Shown here: piece by piece, positions 26,153-35,161 of the stretch
Numbering within the stretch: position 1 is the first letter of the stretch
Layout: each line of letters opens with the position of its first letter
NCBI GenBank assembly: GCA_964418065.1
Contig: CAYQJR010000002.1
Location: 1-37,728, forward strand
Direction of reading: 5' to 3'
DNA: 37,728 nt
Source: an uncultured Candidatus Saccharibacteria bacterium
Lineage (GTDB): Bacteria > Patescibacteriota > Minisyncoccia > Phycocordibacterales > Phycocordibacteraceae
The notes under the pieces: generated by a model
Database searches by the model: none
What the model was told of the DNA's origin: nothing
The model's input: the letters and a program-made list of their open reading frames with translations, nothing else
Position numbers and translations under genes: made by a program

Positions 26153-26667
26153 GCACTCGGTTTCTCAAAGTGTTGCCAGTCTTTTCTATCTCCCCAGTCA
26201 CCGCCCCATTTCCAGCCGTATGACTTGAAGACCCTGGCTATCTCGGCCGTGACTGTTCCTGGTTGAGCAGGGTCATAGCGGGCTCCCGCGGGCATGGTCG
26301 TCCCATCGCTAAGCACATATGGGTTCTGGAGAGGATTAATATCTATCGCTCGCCCGTAGGAGTGATTTGATAATCGGTTCGTATTGAAAATGATACGGTA
26401 GTTAAATGCCGAGGTGTTATTGTCCGCCATTGATGCGTCATCGTCCCAGCCATAGGCGGCAAGTGGAACCACCTGCTGGAGTGGAAACTGCATTTCAAAC
26501 AATTTATTAAAAATTTCTTGCACCTCTCCCGCAACTTCGCTGTGCACGACTATCTGCCCTTCGCGCACTTCCCTGTCAAAAGAGAAGAAAGAAATAGCTA
26601 CGAGCGTCAGGTTCTTCTTGATGTCTTCCGGAATCTCTTTCCCTGCGAGAGCCTCGTCAAGACTCAT
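26149..26667 (-). CDS. M15 family zinc metallopeptidase (D-Ala-D-Ala carboxypeptidase / cell-wall hydrolase type)
   Basis: SNHSYGRAIDIN (SxHxxGxAxD) and WGGDW...DWQHFE motifs. Start set at ATG 26667, 4 nt after the rplI stop. The longer track ORF overlaps rplI. Confidence 0.7.
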   Translation of the reverse strand: MSLDEALAGKEIPEDIKKNLTLVAISFFSFDREVREGQIVVHSEVAGEVQEIFNKLFEMQFPLQQVVPLAAYGWDDDASMADNNTSAFNYRIIFNTNRLSNHSYGRAIDINPLQNPYVLSDGTTMPAGARYDPAQPGTVTAEIARVFKSYGWKWGGDWGDRKDWQHFEKPSA

Positions 26668-26671
26668 GGCG

Positions 26672-27115
26672 CTACTCCGCCTCAATCGTGATTGAGAACT
26701 TCCCGAATACTTCGCCGGCAGAGACCGGAACCGCGAATACCCCAAGCTCCTTAAATGGTCTCTCAATCCGAATGGCGCCTATGGGAAGGTCTATGTGCGC
26801 CTGCTCCTTGATCGCCTTCAGGATATCAAGCTCATCCACGGCGTCGTAGAGGTGGCCTTTTCCGTTCGCTTTCATCTTAATCACGATGCGCGCCTCGGCG
26901 AGCGTCGCGATATTCTGCGCCACAAGCGCAACATCAAGGAGAGAACGGTCCAGTGCCTGTCTGCGGCGCATCTGCGCCTCCCCGAGAGCGGCTGCAGTCG
27001 CCGGAACCGCGAGTTTCCTGGGGATAAGGAAGTTCAGTGCGTACCCATCGGCGGTCAGTACGGTATCGTGCGCGCGGCCGACATTCTTCACATCTCGGGT
27101 CAAAATAACCTTCAT
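26672..27115 (-). CDS. rplI: 50S ribosomal protein L9
   Basis: 147 aa. MKVILTRDVKNVGR...DGYALNFLIPRKLA N-terminal signature. Confidence 0.9.
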   Translation of the reverse strand: MKVILTRDVKNVGRAHDTVLTADGYALNFLIPRKLAVPATAAALGEAQMRRRQALDRSLLDVALVAQNIATLAEARIVIKMKANGKGHLYDAVDELDILKAIKEQAHIDLPIGAIRIERPFKELGVFAVPVSAGEVFGKFSITIEAE

Positions 27116-27134
27116 ATCCAGCTAACGTACCTTA

Positions 27135-28379
27135 TTACCTACCGGTAGTCAAAAACTTGATGGCGCGTGCCACTTGAGAGTCATTTCCTTCGGGAGTGCT
27201 TGCCTTCTCGTACGCGACGATAATATCCGGCGTAATGCCGCTATCCATAATCCAGTGCCCTGCGGGCGTGACCCACCGCGCGACCGTGACCTTCAGCGAG
27301 CCCTTGCCGAGATCAATCAGCGTTTGCACCGAACCCTTGCCGAAGGACTGCGTGCCGATAATGGTTGCTACGCCCGCATCTTGGAGCGCACCGGCGAAAA
27401 TCTCGGAAGCGGATGCTGAACCGCCGTCGATAAGCACGACAATCTTAGCCCCTGCAGGAACATCGTTGTATCCGAGACTGGTATGCACGTTATCGGATTC
27501 ATTGTCGCCGAAGTCTTCGGTCACAATAGTTGTGCCTTTGGGGAGAAAATGGCTCGCAATATCAACTGCCGAATCCAGATAGCCGCCCGGGTTTGACCGC
27601 AAGTCAATCAGCAATTTCCTGGAGCCGGATGCTCTGAACCGTGCAAAGGCCTGATTAAAGAGGTCTGCGGAATTCGCAGTGAACTCGTAGAGCGCGATGC
27701 TATACACGCCCGTCTCCGCGTCAAGACCATCCTTAGTTTCAGGTATCTGAATCGTCGCACGGACAACCTCAATCTCAAGCACCTTCCCGTCGCGGATAAT
27801 GGTGAACTTGACGACGGTGCCGATATCCCCGCGAATCTGACTCACCGCTTTTTCGGTAGAAATGCCGTCCGTTGATTCCCCGTCAATAGTGGCGATAATG
27901 TCACCCGCCTTGATTCCTGCGGCCTCCGCCGGCGTGCCCTTCAGAGGCGCGATGACCGTCAACACGCTGTCTTTGACATCTATCTCCATACCGACGCCGG
28001 CAAAGCTCCCTGAAATGCTCTCGGCAAATGCCTTTGCCTCTTCCGGCGGGAAAAAGACGGTATACGGGTCTCCATAGGAGGATGCGAGGCCCTGAATGGC
28101 GCCAAAGAGACGCTCTTTGGCTGACGGGAGACTTGACGATGCGTGCGTAATCACGTAGTTCGCGTCAAGCGCGTTCCACGCTTTCCAGAAGTCGGTAAGG
28201 TCCACGCTCTGGTCGGGTGTTGCATCAAGACCATCGCCGACAAGCGGAATGTGCGAAACGATTGCGGAAGAAGAGCTGTTCCCGCCTATGGTGATTCCAA
28301 GACCAAACGCAATCGCCGCGACAAGCGCATATGAGACGCCGCGCACGACAATACCCCGTTTATGGTAATCAAATTGCAT
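27135..28379 (-). CDS. ctpA: Carboxy-terminal processing peptidase (S41)
   Basis: TM anchor, PDZ segment (GIKAGDIIATIDGES), catalytic region GGSASASEIFAGALQD and later FGKGSVQ. Start set at ATG 28379. Confidence 0.9.
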   Translation of the reverse strand: MQFDYHKRGIVVRGVSYALVAAIAFGLGITIGGNSSSSAIVSHIPLVGDGLDATPDQSVDLTDFWKAWNALDANYVITHASSSLPSAKERLFGAIQGLASSYGDPYTVFFPPEEAKAFAESISGSFAGVGMEIDVKDSVLTVIAPLKGTPAEAAGIKAGDIIATIDGESTDGISTEKAVSQIRGDIGTVVKFTIIRDGKVLEIEVVRATIQIPETKDGLDAETGVYSIALYEFTANSADLFNQAFARFRASGSRKLLIDLRSNPGGYLDSAVDIASHFLPKGTTIVTEDFGDNESDNVHTSLGYNDVPAGAKIVVLIDGGSASASEIFAGALQDAGVATIIGTQSFGKGSVQTLIDLGKGSLKVTVARWVTPAGHWIMDSGITPDIIVAYEKASTPEGNDSQVARAIKFLTTGR

Positions 28380-28427
28380 GTTCCCGAAGTGTACCACGGA
28401 CGAAATAACCCATGGTATTCTAGAGTG

Positions 28428-29345
28428 ATGATATTTCGGCACCACTACCGAGGCGGCGTGTGGGTTGACCTTGAACAGCCGACCGAAGATGAAATCCGCC
28501 AGATTACTAGAGAGTTTTCAATTAGTACGCGCATTGAGAAAGAAATTCTCACCCCGACGCCGATGCCGCTCGTCATCAATGATACGGACGCAACGCTCCT
28601 CGTTCTCCATTTCCCGGCTCCCGGCAATAAAGACGGCGACACCGGCAGCCAAGAGGTGGACTTCGTTGTCGGCAGCCGCTACATCGTAACCGCCCGCTAC
28701 GAGGTAGTCGCGCCCCTCTACCACCTGAAGAAGCTTCTTGAAACCCAAGGGCTCGTCGGCGGACGAGATTCGGTCACAACCGAGGTTCTGCTCGAGGTAT
28801 TGTTCGCGCATCTCTATACCGCCGTGCGCAACCATACCAATCATGTTGCGAGCCGCCTTGAACGCATTGAGAAGGACATGTTTGAGGGAAAAGAGCAGGC
28901 GACCGTGCGTTCTATTTCAAACATCAGCCGCTCATTTCTCCATATGGAAAGTGTGCTTGCAAATCAGCAGGAAACCCTGAAACGCTTCCTTGAGACCCTT
29001 GGCCACGCGTCCTTCTTCGGTCCGTCCTTCGCCGAGCGGACACTCCGCATCCTTACCGAACGCACGCATGTCGCACACTTGGTCACCACGCACCGGGCGA
29101 TTGCGGCAGAGTTGCGCGAGACGAACAATGCCCTTCTGTCGGCAAAACAGAATGAAATCATCAAAATTCTGACGGTGGTCAGTTTCATCTTCTTGCCGCT
29201 CGCTCTCATTGCAAAAGTCTTTGCTATGAAAGTCGCACATATGCCGTTCGTTGATGACCCGAACGGGTTCTGGATTATCCTCGGCATTATGTTCGCCGTC
29301 GCGGTGGTATTGACACTCTTTGTGTCCAAGAAACGCTGGCTTTGA
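28428..29345 (+). CDS. CorA-family divalent cation transporter homolog with a non-canonical AMK pore motif
   Basis: CorA-like architecture: a soluble N domain and two C-terminal TM helices ending KKRWL. The segment IAKVFAMKVAHMP aligns to IAGIYGMNFEYMP of canonical CorA. Start set at ATG 28428 (TATTCT box 6 nt upstream). Confidence 0.75.
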   Translation: MIFRHHYRGGVWVDLEQPTEDEIRQITREFSISTRIEKEILTPTPMPLVINDTDATLLVLHFPAPGNKDGDTGSQEVDFVVGSRYIVTARYEVVAPLYHLKKLLETQGLVGGRDSVTTEVLLEVLFAHLYTAVRNHTNHVASRLERIEKDMFEGKEQATVRSISNISRSFLHMESVLANQQETLKRFLETLGHASFFGPSFAERTLRILTERTHVAHLVTTHRAIAAELRETNNALLSAKQNEIIKILTVVSFIFLPLALIAKVFAMKVAHMPFVDDPNGFWIILGIMFAVAVVLTLFVSKKRWL

Positions 29346-30808
29346 TGGGTATGGACCTCTGGAGACGACTTTTCGGAACACGCAAGAATGAATCGGCTCG
29401 TCCTCCGTCCGTCTTTTTCACCAATACCCTCTCGGGCGCTAAGGAACTTTTCGTATCACTGCGTCCCGGCATCGCGCTGATGTATAGTTGCGGGCCGACG
29501 GTCTACGGCCAGCAGCATATCGGCAATTTGCGGGCGGCCATCTTCTCAGACACCCTTGCCCGAGTGCTCAAGGCCGCGCACTATCACCTGCGGCGAGTGA
29601 CCAATATCACTGACGTGGGCCATCTCGTCGACGACAGCGATGGTGGAGAGGATAAGATGGCAGTCGGCGCAAAGCGCGATAAGACAACGCCTGAGGAGGT
29701 CGCCGACCGTTACACCAAGATATATATTGAAGATTTGACGGACCTCAATGTTGATACCGACGATATCCGATTCCCCCGCGCAACGGCGTATATCAAAGAA
29801 CAAATAGCGCTCGCGAAGACGCTGGAGGAAAAAGGGTTCGCGTATTATCTCCCAGACGGCCTGTACTTCGATACGCAGAAGTTCCCTCAGTATGGACGCC
29901 TCGGCAAAATGTCTCGGGTACAACTTGAGGCGGGTAAGCGTGTCGAAGTGGTCAGGGGGAAACACAATCCCGCCGACTTCGTCCTCTGGCGGAGCGCAAA
30001 GGCAAACGACCTCCAGCAGTGGGATAGTCCGTGGGGACGCGGCAACCCTGGCTGGCATATTGAATGTTCGGCAATGGCTCGTTCGCTCTTGGGTCTTGAA
30101 ATAGATATCCATACGGGCGGAGAGGAGCACGTCTCAATTCACCACAACAATGAAATCGCCCAGTCAGAAGCGGCGAGCGGTCGAACCTTCGTCCGTTACT
30201 GGATGCACAACGCCCACCTCACTCTGCAAGGAGAGAAGTTGGCGAAATCTACAGGCAACGCAGTTTATCTTTCTGATGTGATACAAAAGGGATTTAATCC
30301 GCTCTCGCTCCGCTACTTTTTCCTCCAAGCGCACTATCGCACCCCCCTCTCCTTCTCATGGGATGCGCTTGCCGGCGCTGCCGAAGCGCTGAACCGGCTC
30401 TGGCGCCTTTCTAAAGAAGTTGCGCACGAATCAAAGGGAAAGAGTAATCCTTCAGAAGCACGTACGCGGTTCCTTGCAGCGGTTCGTGACGACCTTGCGA
30501 CGCCGCAGGCGCTTGGCATCCTCTGGGAGACCTTGCGGAGCGAAGACTACACGCCCGAGGAGAAATGGGGACTGATTGAAAGTGCTGAGGAACACTTCGG
30601 CCTCTCGCTCACCGCGCCGCCGAACACCGGGGCGCTTGCCGAGTCTGATATCCCGAAAGATATACAGGAACTGCTTGCATCGCGAGAAATAGCTCGTATT
30701 TCCAAGGATTTTTCGGAGGCCGATCGTATTCGCGGCGAGATTGAGAAGGGTGGATATCGTGTGGACGACGGGCCAAATGGCCCTGTATTAACGCGGAGGA
30801 CTCTTTGA
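29345..30808 (+). CDS. cysS: Cysteinyl-tRNA synthetase
   Basis: MYSCGPTVY..QHIGN (HIGH), HTGGEEH..HHNNEIAQSEA, and KLAKSTGN (KMSKS variant). The start is ambiguous (TTG 29342, ATG 29345, ATG 29351) and overlaps the corA-like stop. Confidence 0.92.
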   Translation: MGMDLWRRLFGTRKNESARPPSVFFTNTLSGAKELFVSLRPGIALMYSCGPTVYGQQHIGNLRAAIFSDTLARVLKAAHYHLRRVTNITDVGHLVDDSDGGEDKMAVGAKRDKTTPEEVADRYTKIYIEDLTDLNVDTDDIRFPRATAYIKEQIALAKTLEEKGFAYYLPDGLYFDTQKFPQYGRLGKMSRVQLEAGKRVEVVRGKHNPADFVLWRSAKANDLQQWDSPWGRGNPGWHIECSAMARSLLGLEIDIHTGGEEHVSIHHNNEIAQSEAASGRTFVRYWMHNAHLTLQGEKLAKSTGNAVYLSDVIQKGFNPLSLRYFFLQAHYRTPLSFSWDALAGAAEALNRLWRLSKEVAHESKGKSNPSEARTRFLAAVRDDLATPQALGILWETLRSEDYTPEEKWGLIESAEEHFGLSLTAPPNTGALAESDIPKDIQELLASREIARISKDFSEADRIRGEIEKGGYRVDDGPNGPVLTRRTL

Positions 30809-30814
30809 TACAAT
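30806..30814 (+). promoter_or_regulatory. Extended -10 box TGaTACAAT, 7 nt upstream of the dnaB ATG
   Basis: TGATACAAT-CGGGGCA-ATG, overlapping the cysS stop codon. Confidence 0.4.
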
Positions 30815-30821
30815 CGGGGCA

Positions 30822-32189
30822 ATGGCTACCGCTAGCGACCGAAGCAGAGTCCCGCCCCAGTCTCTGGAATCCGAGCGAGCGCTCCTTGGCGCTCTTCTGC
30901 TGAAGCCCGACGCTATTCACGATGTGTCGGACCTTATTCATGCTGAGTCCTTCTACGCCGAGAAGCACCGCACTATATTCGGAGCGATGCGAGAACTCGC
31001 CGACCGCGGCGAGCCGATTGACCAGCTCTCGCTCTCTGCGCGCCTCCAAGATCAGGGGCTTCTCGAGCGCGCCGGCAGCCGCAGTTATCTCGCGGAGCTC
31101 GCGGGCTCGGCTCCCGCGCCCGGAAACTTCTCTCACTACGCAGAGCTCGTCTCGCGCAAGTCTCTCATGCGCTCGCTCATTGATGCCGCCTACGGAATCA
31201 GCGAATCCGCGTACGACGAAGCGCGCGAGACGATGGAGGTGCTGGACGAGGCCGAGAAGAGCATCTACGCGATCGGAAACGCTTCCGCGGCGCACAAGTT
31301 CACCGCCATCGGGGACAAGCTCCATGCCGCATGGGAGCGCATTGAAGCGCTGTCTCATAAGCAGGATGGTATCCGCGGAGTCCCCTCCGGCTTCCCTTCT
31401 CTGGACAACCTGCTCTCGGGCTTCCACACTTCCGACTTGGTGATTATCGCCGCGCGCCCCTCGATTGGTAAGACTTCGCTTGCGCTTGATATCGCGCGTA
31501 ACGCCGCGGTGCGCCACAACGTCCCCGTCGGTATCTTCTCGCTTGAGATGAGTTCTGAGCAGATTATTGACCGCATGCTCTCGGCAGAATCATTTGTGAA
31601 TTCGTGGAAGTTGCGTACCGGACAAGTGAAGGAGGAAGAGGACTTCGGCCGCATCCGCGACGCGCTTGAGGTCCTCTCCAAGGCTCCTATTTATATTGAC
31701 GACAAGCCGGGCAATAATATCCTCTCGATGCGCGCGGTGGCCCGCCGGCTTAAGCGCGAGCGCGGTATCGGGCTTATCATCGTGGATTACCTGCAACTGA
31801 TGTCGCCGACAACGACGAAAGCGTCTGACTCTATGGTCCAGCAGATTACCGAAATCTCGCGCTCGCTCAAGAATCTCGCCCGCGAGCTGGAGGTACCGGT
31901 CATTGCGCTCTCCCAGCTCTCGCGTGCGGTGGAACAGCGCGGCGGGAAGCCGCGCCTCTCTGACCTGCGCGACTCGGGCTCTATTGAACAGGATGCGGAC
32001 GTCGTGATGTTCATCCACCGCGACGACAAAGTAAACAAGGAGAGCGAGCGGCCGGGCATCGCCGAAATCCTGATAGAGAAGCACAGGAACGGCCCCACCG
32101 GCAAGATAGAACTCTACTTTGACGATAAGCGCACGACCTTCCAGCCGGTGGACACCACCGGCTACGGCGAACTCGCGGCTGAATTCTAA
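30822..32189 (+). CDS. dnaB: Replicative DNA helicase DnaB
   Basis: 455 aa. PPQSLESERALLGALL N-terminus, Walker A (ARPSIGKTS), IVDYLQLM, and the SQLSRAVEQR / DLRDSGSIEQDAD motifs. Confidence 0.95.
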   Translation: MATASDRSRVPPQSLESERALLGALLLKPDAIHDVSDLIHAESFYAEKHRTIFGAMRELADRGEPIDQLSLSARLQDQGLLERAGSRSYLAELAGSAPAPGNFSHYAELVSRKSLMRSLIDAAYGISESAYDEARETMEVLDEAEKSIYAIGNASAAHKFTAIGDKLHAAWERIEALSHKQDGIRGVPSGFPSLDNLLSGFHTSDLVIIAARPSIGKTSLALDIARNAAVRHNVPVGIFSLEMSSEQIIDRMLSAESFVNSWKLRTGQVKEEEDFGRIRDALEVLSKAPIYIDDKPGNNILSMRAVARRLKRERGIGLIIVDYLQLMSPTTTKASDSMVQQITEISRSLKNLARELEVPVIALSQLSRAVEQRGGKPRLSDLRDSGSIEQDADVVMFIHRDDKVNKESERPGIAEILIEKHRNGPTGKIELYFDDKRTTFQPVDTTGYGELAAEF

Positions 32190-32219
32190 AATGAAGAAAG
32201 TAGAGGCAGTCTGAATGGT

Positions 32220-32822
32220 ATGGACAAGATTGACGAACTCGCACAGGCGCTCGCTCGGCTTCCCGGTATCGGACCGCGCCAGGGCAAGCGCTTCGTCTTC
32301 TACCTTCTCGCTGCGCCTGCCGCAGAACGCTCGAAACTCGGCGAGCTTATCGCCGCGCTCGGCAAAGAGATCCGGCAGTGCTTCGACTGTCTGCGCTTTT
32401 ATAACGGCATTACTGCAAGCACCTGCGGCTACTGTTCTGACACAAGACGCGACGATTCCCTCCTGATGCTTGTTGAGAAGGACCAGGACCTCACGGCTGT
32501 GGAGCGCGCGGGGACCTATCGTGGACGCTATTTCGTGCTCGGCGGCGTACTTACCCTCTCGGGTAAGGGCGCTATTCGGGAAAAGGAATTGGTAAAGATA
32601 GTTGAGAAGCGCCTTAAGGGCGGATTGAAGGAAATTGTGCTTGCGCTCTCTGCGACGAGCGAAGGAGAACATACTGCTGACCGCGTGCGCGCGCTCCTCG
32701 CGCCATACCGTGAGCGAGTGATGACCTCAATACTTGGACGCGGTCTCGCTACCGGCAGCGAGCTAGAGTATTCCGACGCCGAGACGCTTCGTGCCGCCCT
32801 CACCAACCGTAAAGAAACTTAA
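32220..32822 (+). CDS. recR: Recombination protein RecR
   Basis: 200 aa. LPGIGPRQGKR HhH motif, C4 zinc finger (CFDC...CGYC) and a Toprim segment. Confidence 0.93.
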   Translation: MDKIDELAQALARLPGIGPRQGKRFVFYLLAAPAAERSKLGELIAALGKEIRQCFDCLRFYNGITASTCGYCSDTRRDDSLLMLVEKDQDLTAVERAGTYRGRYFVLGGVLTLSGKGAIREKELVKIVEKRLKGGLKEIVLALSATSEGEHTADRVRALLAPYRERVMTSILGRGLATGSELEYSDAETLRAALTNRKET

Positions 32823-32863
32823 GTAGTGATGTAACTCGGGGCGAAAACAAGCGTCTGTAGTGT

Positions 32864-33235
32864 ATGGGACGCGTTTTGTTAATCCTCTTCTTCATACTCA
32901 TTGCCGGCTACGGACTTGATTTTCTGTTCACCTACAACCAGCGTCTCGCTATTGAGGCTTCCGAGCAAGACGCATCAGCCGATGAGGCAGTGGCGGACGC
33001 AAGTCCTCAAAATTTTAACGAAACGGGAACACTCGTATTCTATCCAAACAATGTCGGCCCCGTACCGTACCTCTTCTACCGAGATGCGAAGGGGCGGGTG
33101 GTGTCCAAGGCGCTCGTGTTCCCCTCCCCCGCTTCAGTTGGCGGCTCGTGGAGCGGCTCGCGCATCTCGGTCACGGGGGATCTTGTTTTTGAGCATGTGG
33201 TGGTTGCTCGCGCAACCTACATCTCGGGACCTTAA
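32864..33235 (+). CDS. Hypothetical membrane-anchored/secreted protein
   Basis: 123 aa with an N-terminal hydrophobic helix. No family recognised. Confidence 0.5.
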   Translation: MGRVLLILFFILIAGYGLDFLFTYNQRLAIEASEQDASADEAVADASPQNFNETGTLVFYPNNVGPVPYLFYRDAKGRVVSKALVFPSPASVGGSWSGSRISVTGDLVFEHVVVARATYISGP

Positions 33236-33360
33236 AGCAGTTTGATGATGAGTACGATGAGTGCGATGACGAGCAGGGTATGAATCAGATTGCCTCCTAT
33301 ATGAAAATTGTACCCGAGAAGCCAGAGGATGACTAGAACTACGATGAGTGTTTCCAACAT
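33232..33360 (-). CDS. Small membrane protein (42 aa), lmo0937-like
   Basis: Hand translation: MLETLIVVLVILWLLGYNFHIGGNLIHTLLVIALIVLIIKLL. The WLLG...GG.LIH.LLVIA pattern matches the small two-helix family as I recall it. AGGAGA lies within the end of the upstream gene. Confidence 0.5.
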   Translation of the reverse strand: MLETLIVVLVILWLLGYNFHIGGNLIHTLLVIALIVLIIKLL

Positions 33361-33366
33361 ACAGGA

Positions 33367-33723
33367 TTATTTCTCCTGATCCTCCAGTTTAACCGCGGCT
33401 TCAGGAGTTGAGACCGTCTTGCCCATGAGGAAGAGGCGGACGATACCGAGAGCGAGCACCCAATACACGAACATCGCGAGAAGCGTTGTCCACTCGAAGA
33501 CGCTTCCTTCTACGTAGGTTGCGTTGAAGACGTTCACGAACGGCGCCGCAAACGGATATGTCACCGAATAAATAAAATTGGTGAATCCGGCGCTCGGATT
33601 CGCCGCAAGGAGTTTCAGAACGAGGCGGAATGCAAGCAGCACCTCTACGAGACCAAGTACATACCAGACTATCTGCGTGCCCCGATACAAAGGCTTCGTA
33701 GTCGGCGAGGTATGGGAGTCCAT
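33367..33723 (-). CDS. YggT family membrane protein
   Basis: Start set at ATG 33723 (118 aa). QIVWYVLGLVEVLLAFRLVLKLL plus a second helix pair, typical YggT topology. Confidence 0.65.
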   Translation of the reverse strand: MDSHTSPTTKPLYRGTQIVWYVLGLVEVLLAFRLVLKLLAANPSAGFTNFIYSVTYPFAAPFVNVFNATYVEGSVFEWTTLLAMFVYWVLALGIVRLFLMGKTVSTPEAAVKLEDQEK

Positions 33724-33755
33724 ATAGCCTTTATGCCGTACGTCGAGCAAGCTGA

Positions 33756-34142
33756 TTACACGTGTGATTTCGCGCGCTTCACGGTGGCTTTCGCGTGCGC
33801 AACGCTCTTCTTCACCGTTCTCTTCGTTTCTTTCTGCACCTTGTCCCAATTTGACTTCAACTCGCGTGCTGCACGTCGCACTTCTTGCGTATCTATGGAA
33901 CGGACTCCCTCGTAGGTCTTCGCCACGCCGTCCACAATTGCGGCAAATGCTTTGGGGCTTGCCTTTGAAAGATGCCTGCTTTCCTTAATTACTTCATTTT
34001 TCATATTGATTGCCCATTTTGCGGCAATCTTGCGGCGCTTCTTTGCATTATCACTACCGTAGAAATAATAGCCGGCAGCTGCGCTCGCGGCGATGATTCC
34101 TGCGCCAATCCCCACTGCGGTCTTCTTAGTACTTTTGTTCAT
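33756..34142 (-). CDS. YtxH-like membrane-anchored protein
   Basis: 128 aa. N-terminal Gly/Ala-rich helix (AVGIGAGIIAASAAAGYYF), then a Lys-rich helical region. Confidence 0.5.
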   Translation of the reverse strand: MNKSTKKTAVGIGAGIIAASAAAGYYFYGSDNAKKRRKIAAKWAINMKNEVIKESRHLSKASPKAFAAIVDGVAKTYEGVRSIDTQEVRRAARELKSNWDKVQKETKRTVKKSVAHAKATVKRAKSHV

Positions 34143-34178
34143 AGTATATATTCTTGAATTACAGAAATTGAATAAAAA

Positions 34179-34448
34179 TCAGTCTTTACCTGATGCTCTC
34201 CTTGTAGTTCTGCCGAAGAGAGCGAACAAAGATTTCAATCGGCCCTTCCCTTCTCTAATATCAGAACGAACTCCAGCAAGATCAGCACGGATTGCATCGC
34301 TTTCGTGTGCAACTTGTTCAGAGATGTGTTCGATGTGCTTTAGGATGCGCGCGGCCCGCCATGCAACATATGCTCCGAAGAGAGCAAGCAACACAACAGC
34401 CGCGCTTGTTATGAAAAAGAAGATATCCATCTGTAAGAAATCATTCAT
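34179..34448 (-). CDS. Hypothetical single-pass membrane protein, candidate anti-sigma partner
   Basis: 89 aa. Start overlaps the sigma factor stop (ATGA). TM helix at about residues 8-30, then an Arg-rich helical tail. Confidence 0.5.
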   Translation of the reverse strand: MNDFLQMDIFFFITSAAVVLLALFGAYVAWRAARILKHIEHISEQVAHESDAIRADLAGVRSDIREGKGRLKSLFALFGRTTRRASGKD

Positions 34449-34963
34449 TATGAGTATCGGAATAGGACCTTAAGCTTCTCCAGTCCTCGATGTACCTGAA
34501 CGGCCATGGTGTTCTTGGATTTCCCCGTAATGAGCGACATCTCAGACAATGTAAGGTCCTGCACATAGCGCATGCGCATTACTTTTTGATACCGCTCAGG
34601 AAGGTGCTGTATCAGTAGTATTGCTGCCTTTCCGTCCAAGATATTCACCAGCCGTTCCGTATGATCCTTCCCAGGCTCAAATCCATTTTCGATTAACACG
34701 TCAAGCGACGCGGTCTTGCGCTTTCGATATTCATCCACGATGAGATTGTTGAGGACGTGGTAGAGGAATGCTTTCATTATGTCAATTTTCCCGCCCTTTA
34801 CCAGATATTTCCATGTCTTCATAAAAGTCTCCTGAACCAAATCCTCCCCCGTACTGTGGTTATGGGTCTTAAAAAAAGCATGGGCATTTAACCCTTTTGC
34901 ATAGTCACCATGCGCCATCGTCAAAAGTAGTTGGCGCTGCGATTCTTGCTGTTTAAAGGCCAT
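34448..34963 (-). CDS. ECF-type RNA polymerase sigma factor (sigma-70 family)
   Basis: 171 aa. Region 2 (EDLVQETFMKTWKYL) and a region 4 HTH (LPERYQKVMRMRYVQDLTLSEMSLITGKSKNTMAVQVHRGLEKLK). Confidence 0.85.
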   Translation of the reverse strand: MAFKQQESQRQLLLTMAHGDYAKGLNAHAFFKTHNHSTGEDLVQETFMKTWKYLVKGGKIDIMKAFLYHVLNNLIVDEYRKRKTASLDVLIENGFEPGKDHTERLVNILDGKAAILLIQHLPERYQKVMRMRYVQDLTLSEMSLITGKSKNTMAVQVHRGLEKLKVLFRYS

Positions 34964-35161
34964 ATAAGTAGAGACGGGCGACTCTATGCCTTTATGACGT
35001 GAATATTACAGTTGAGAGATGTGGTGTAATGGAGTAAAAATACACTTACATTACGCAGATATTACATTCGGAGGTAAAAAGCACCCGAATCTGGACTATA
35101 CGCCTGAATCCGGATAATAGCGAATTGCAATAATGTGCTCTGCCAGACGGCATCAAAAAAT

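Noticed and set aside
30609-32672. Two long minus-strand ORFs (302 aa and 360 aa)
   Set aside because: They are antisense to cysS, dnaB and recR, all of which carry canonical motifs on the plus strand.
34964-35100. Canonical ECF autoregulatory promoter (GGAAC-N16-CGTC type) upstream of the sigma gene
   Set aside because: The only AAC...CGTC combination has a spacer of about 11 nt, which is too short. No convincing ECF -35/-10 pair was seen.
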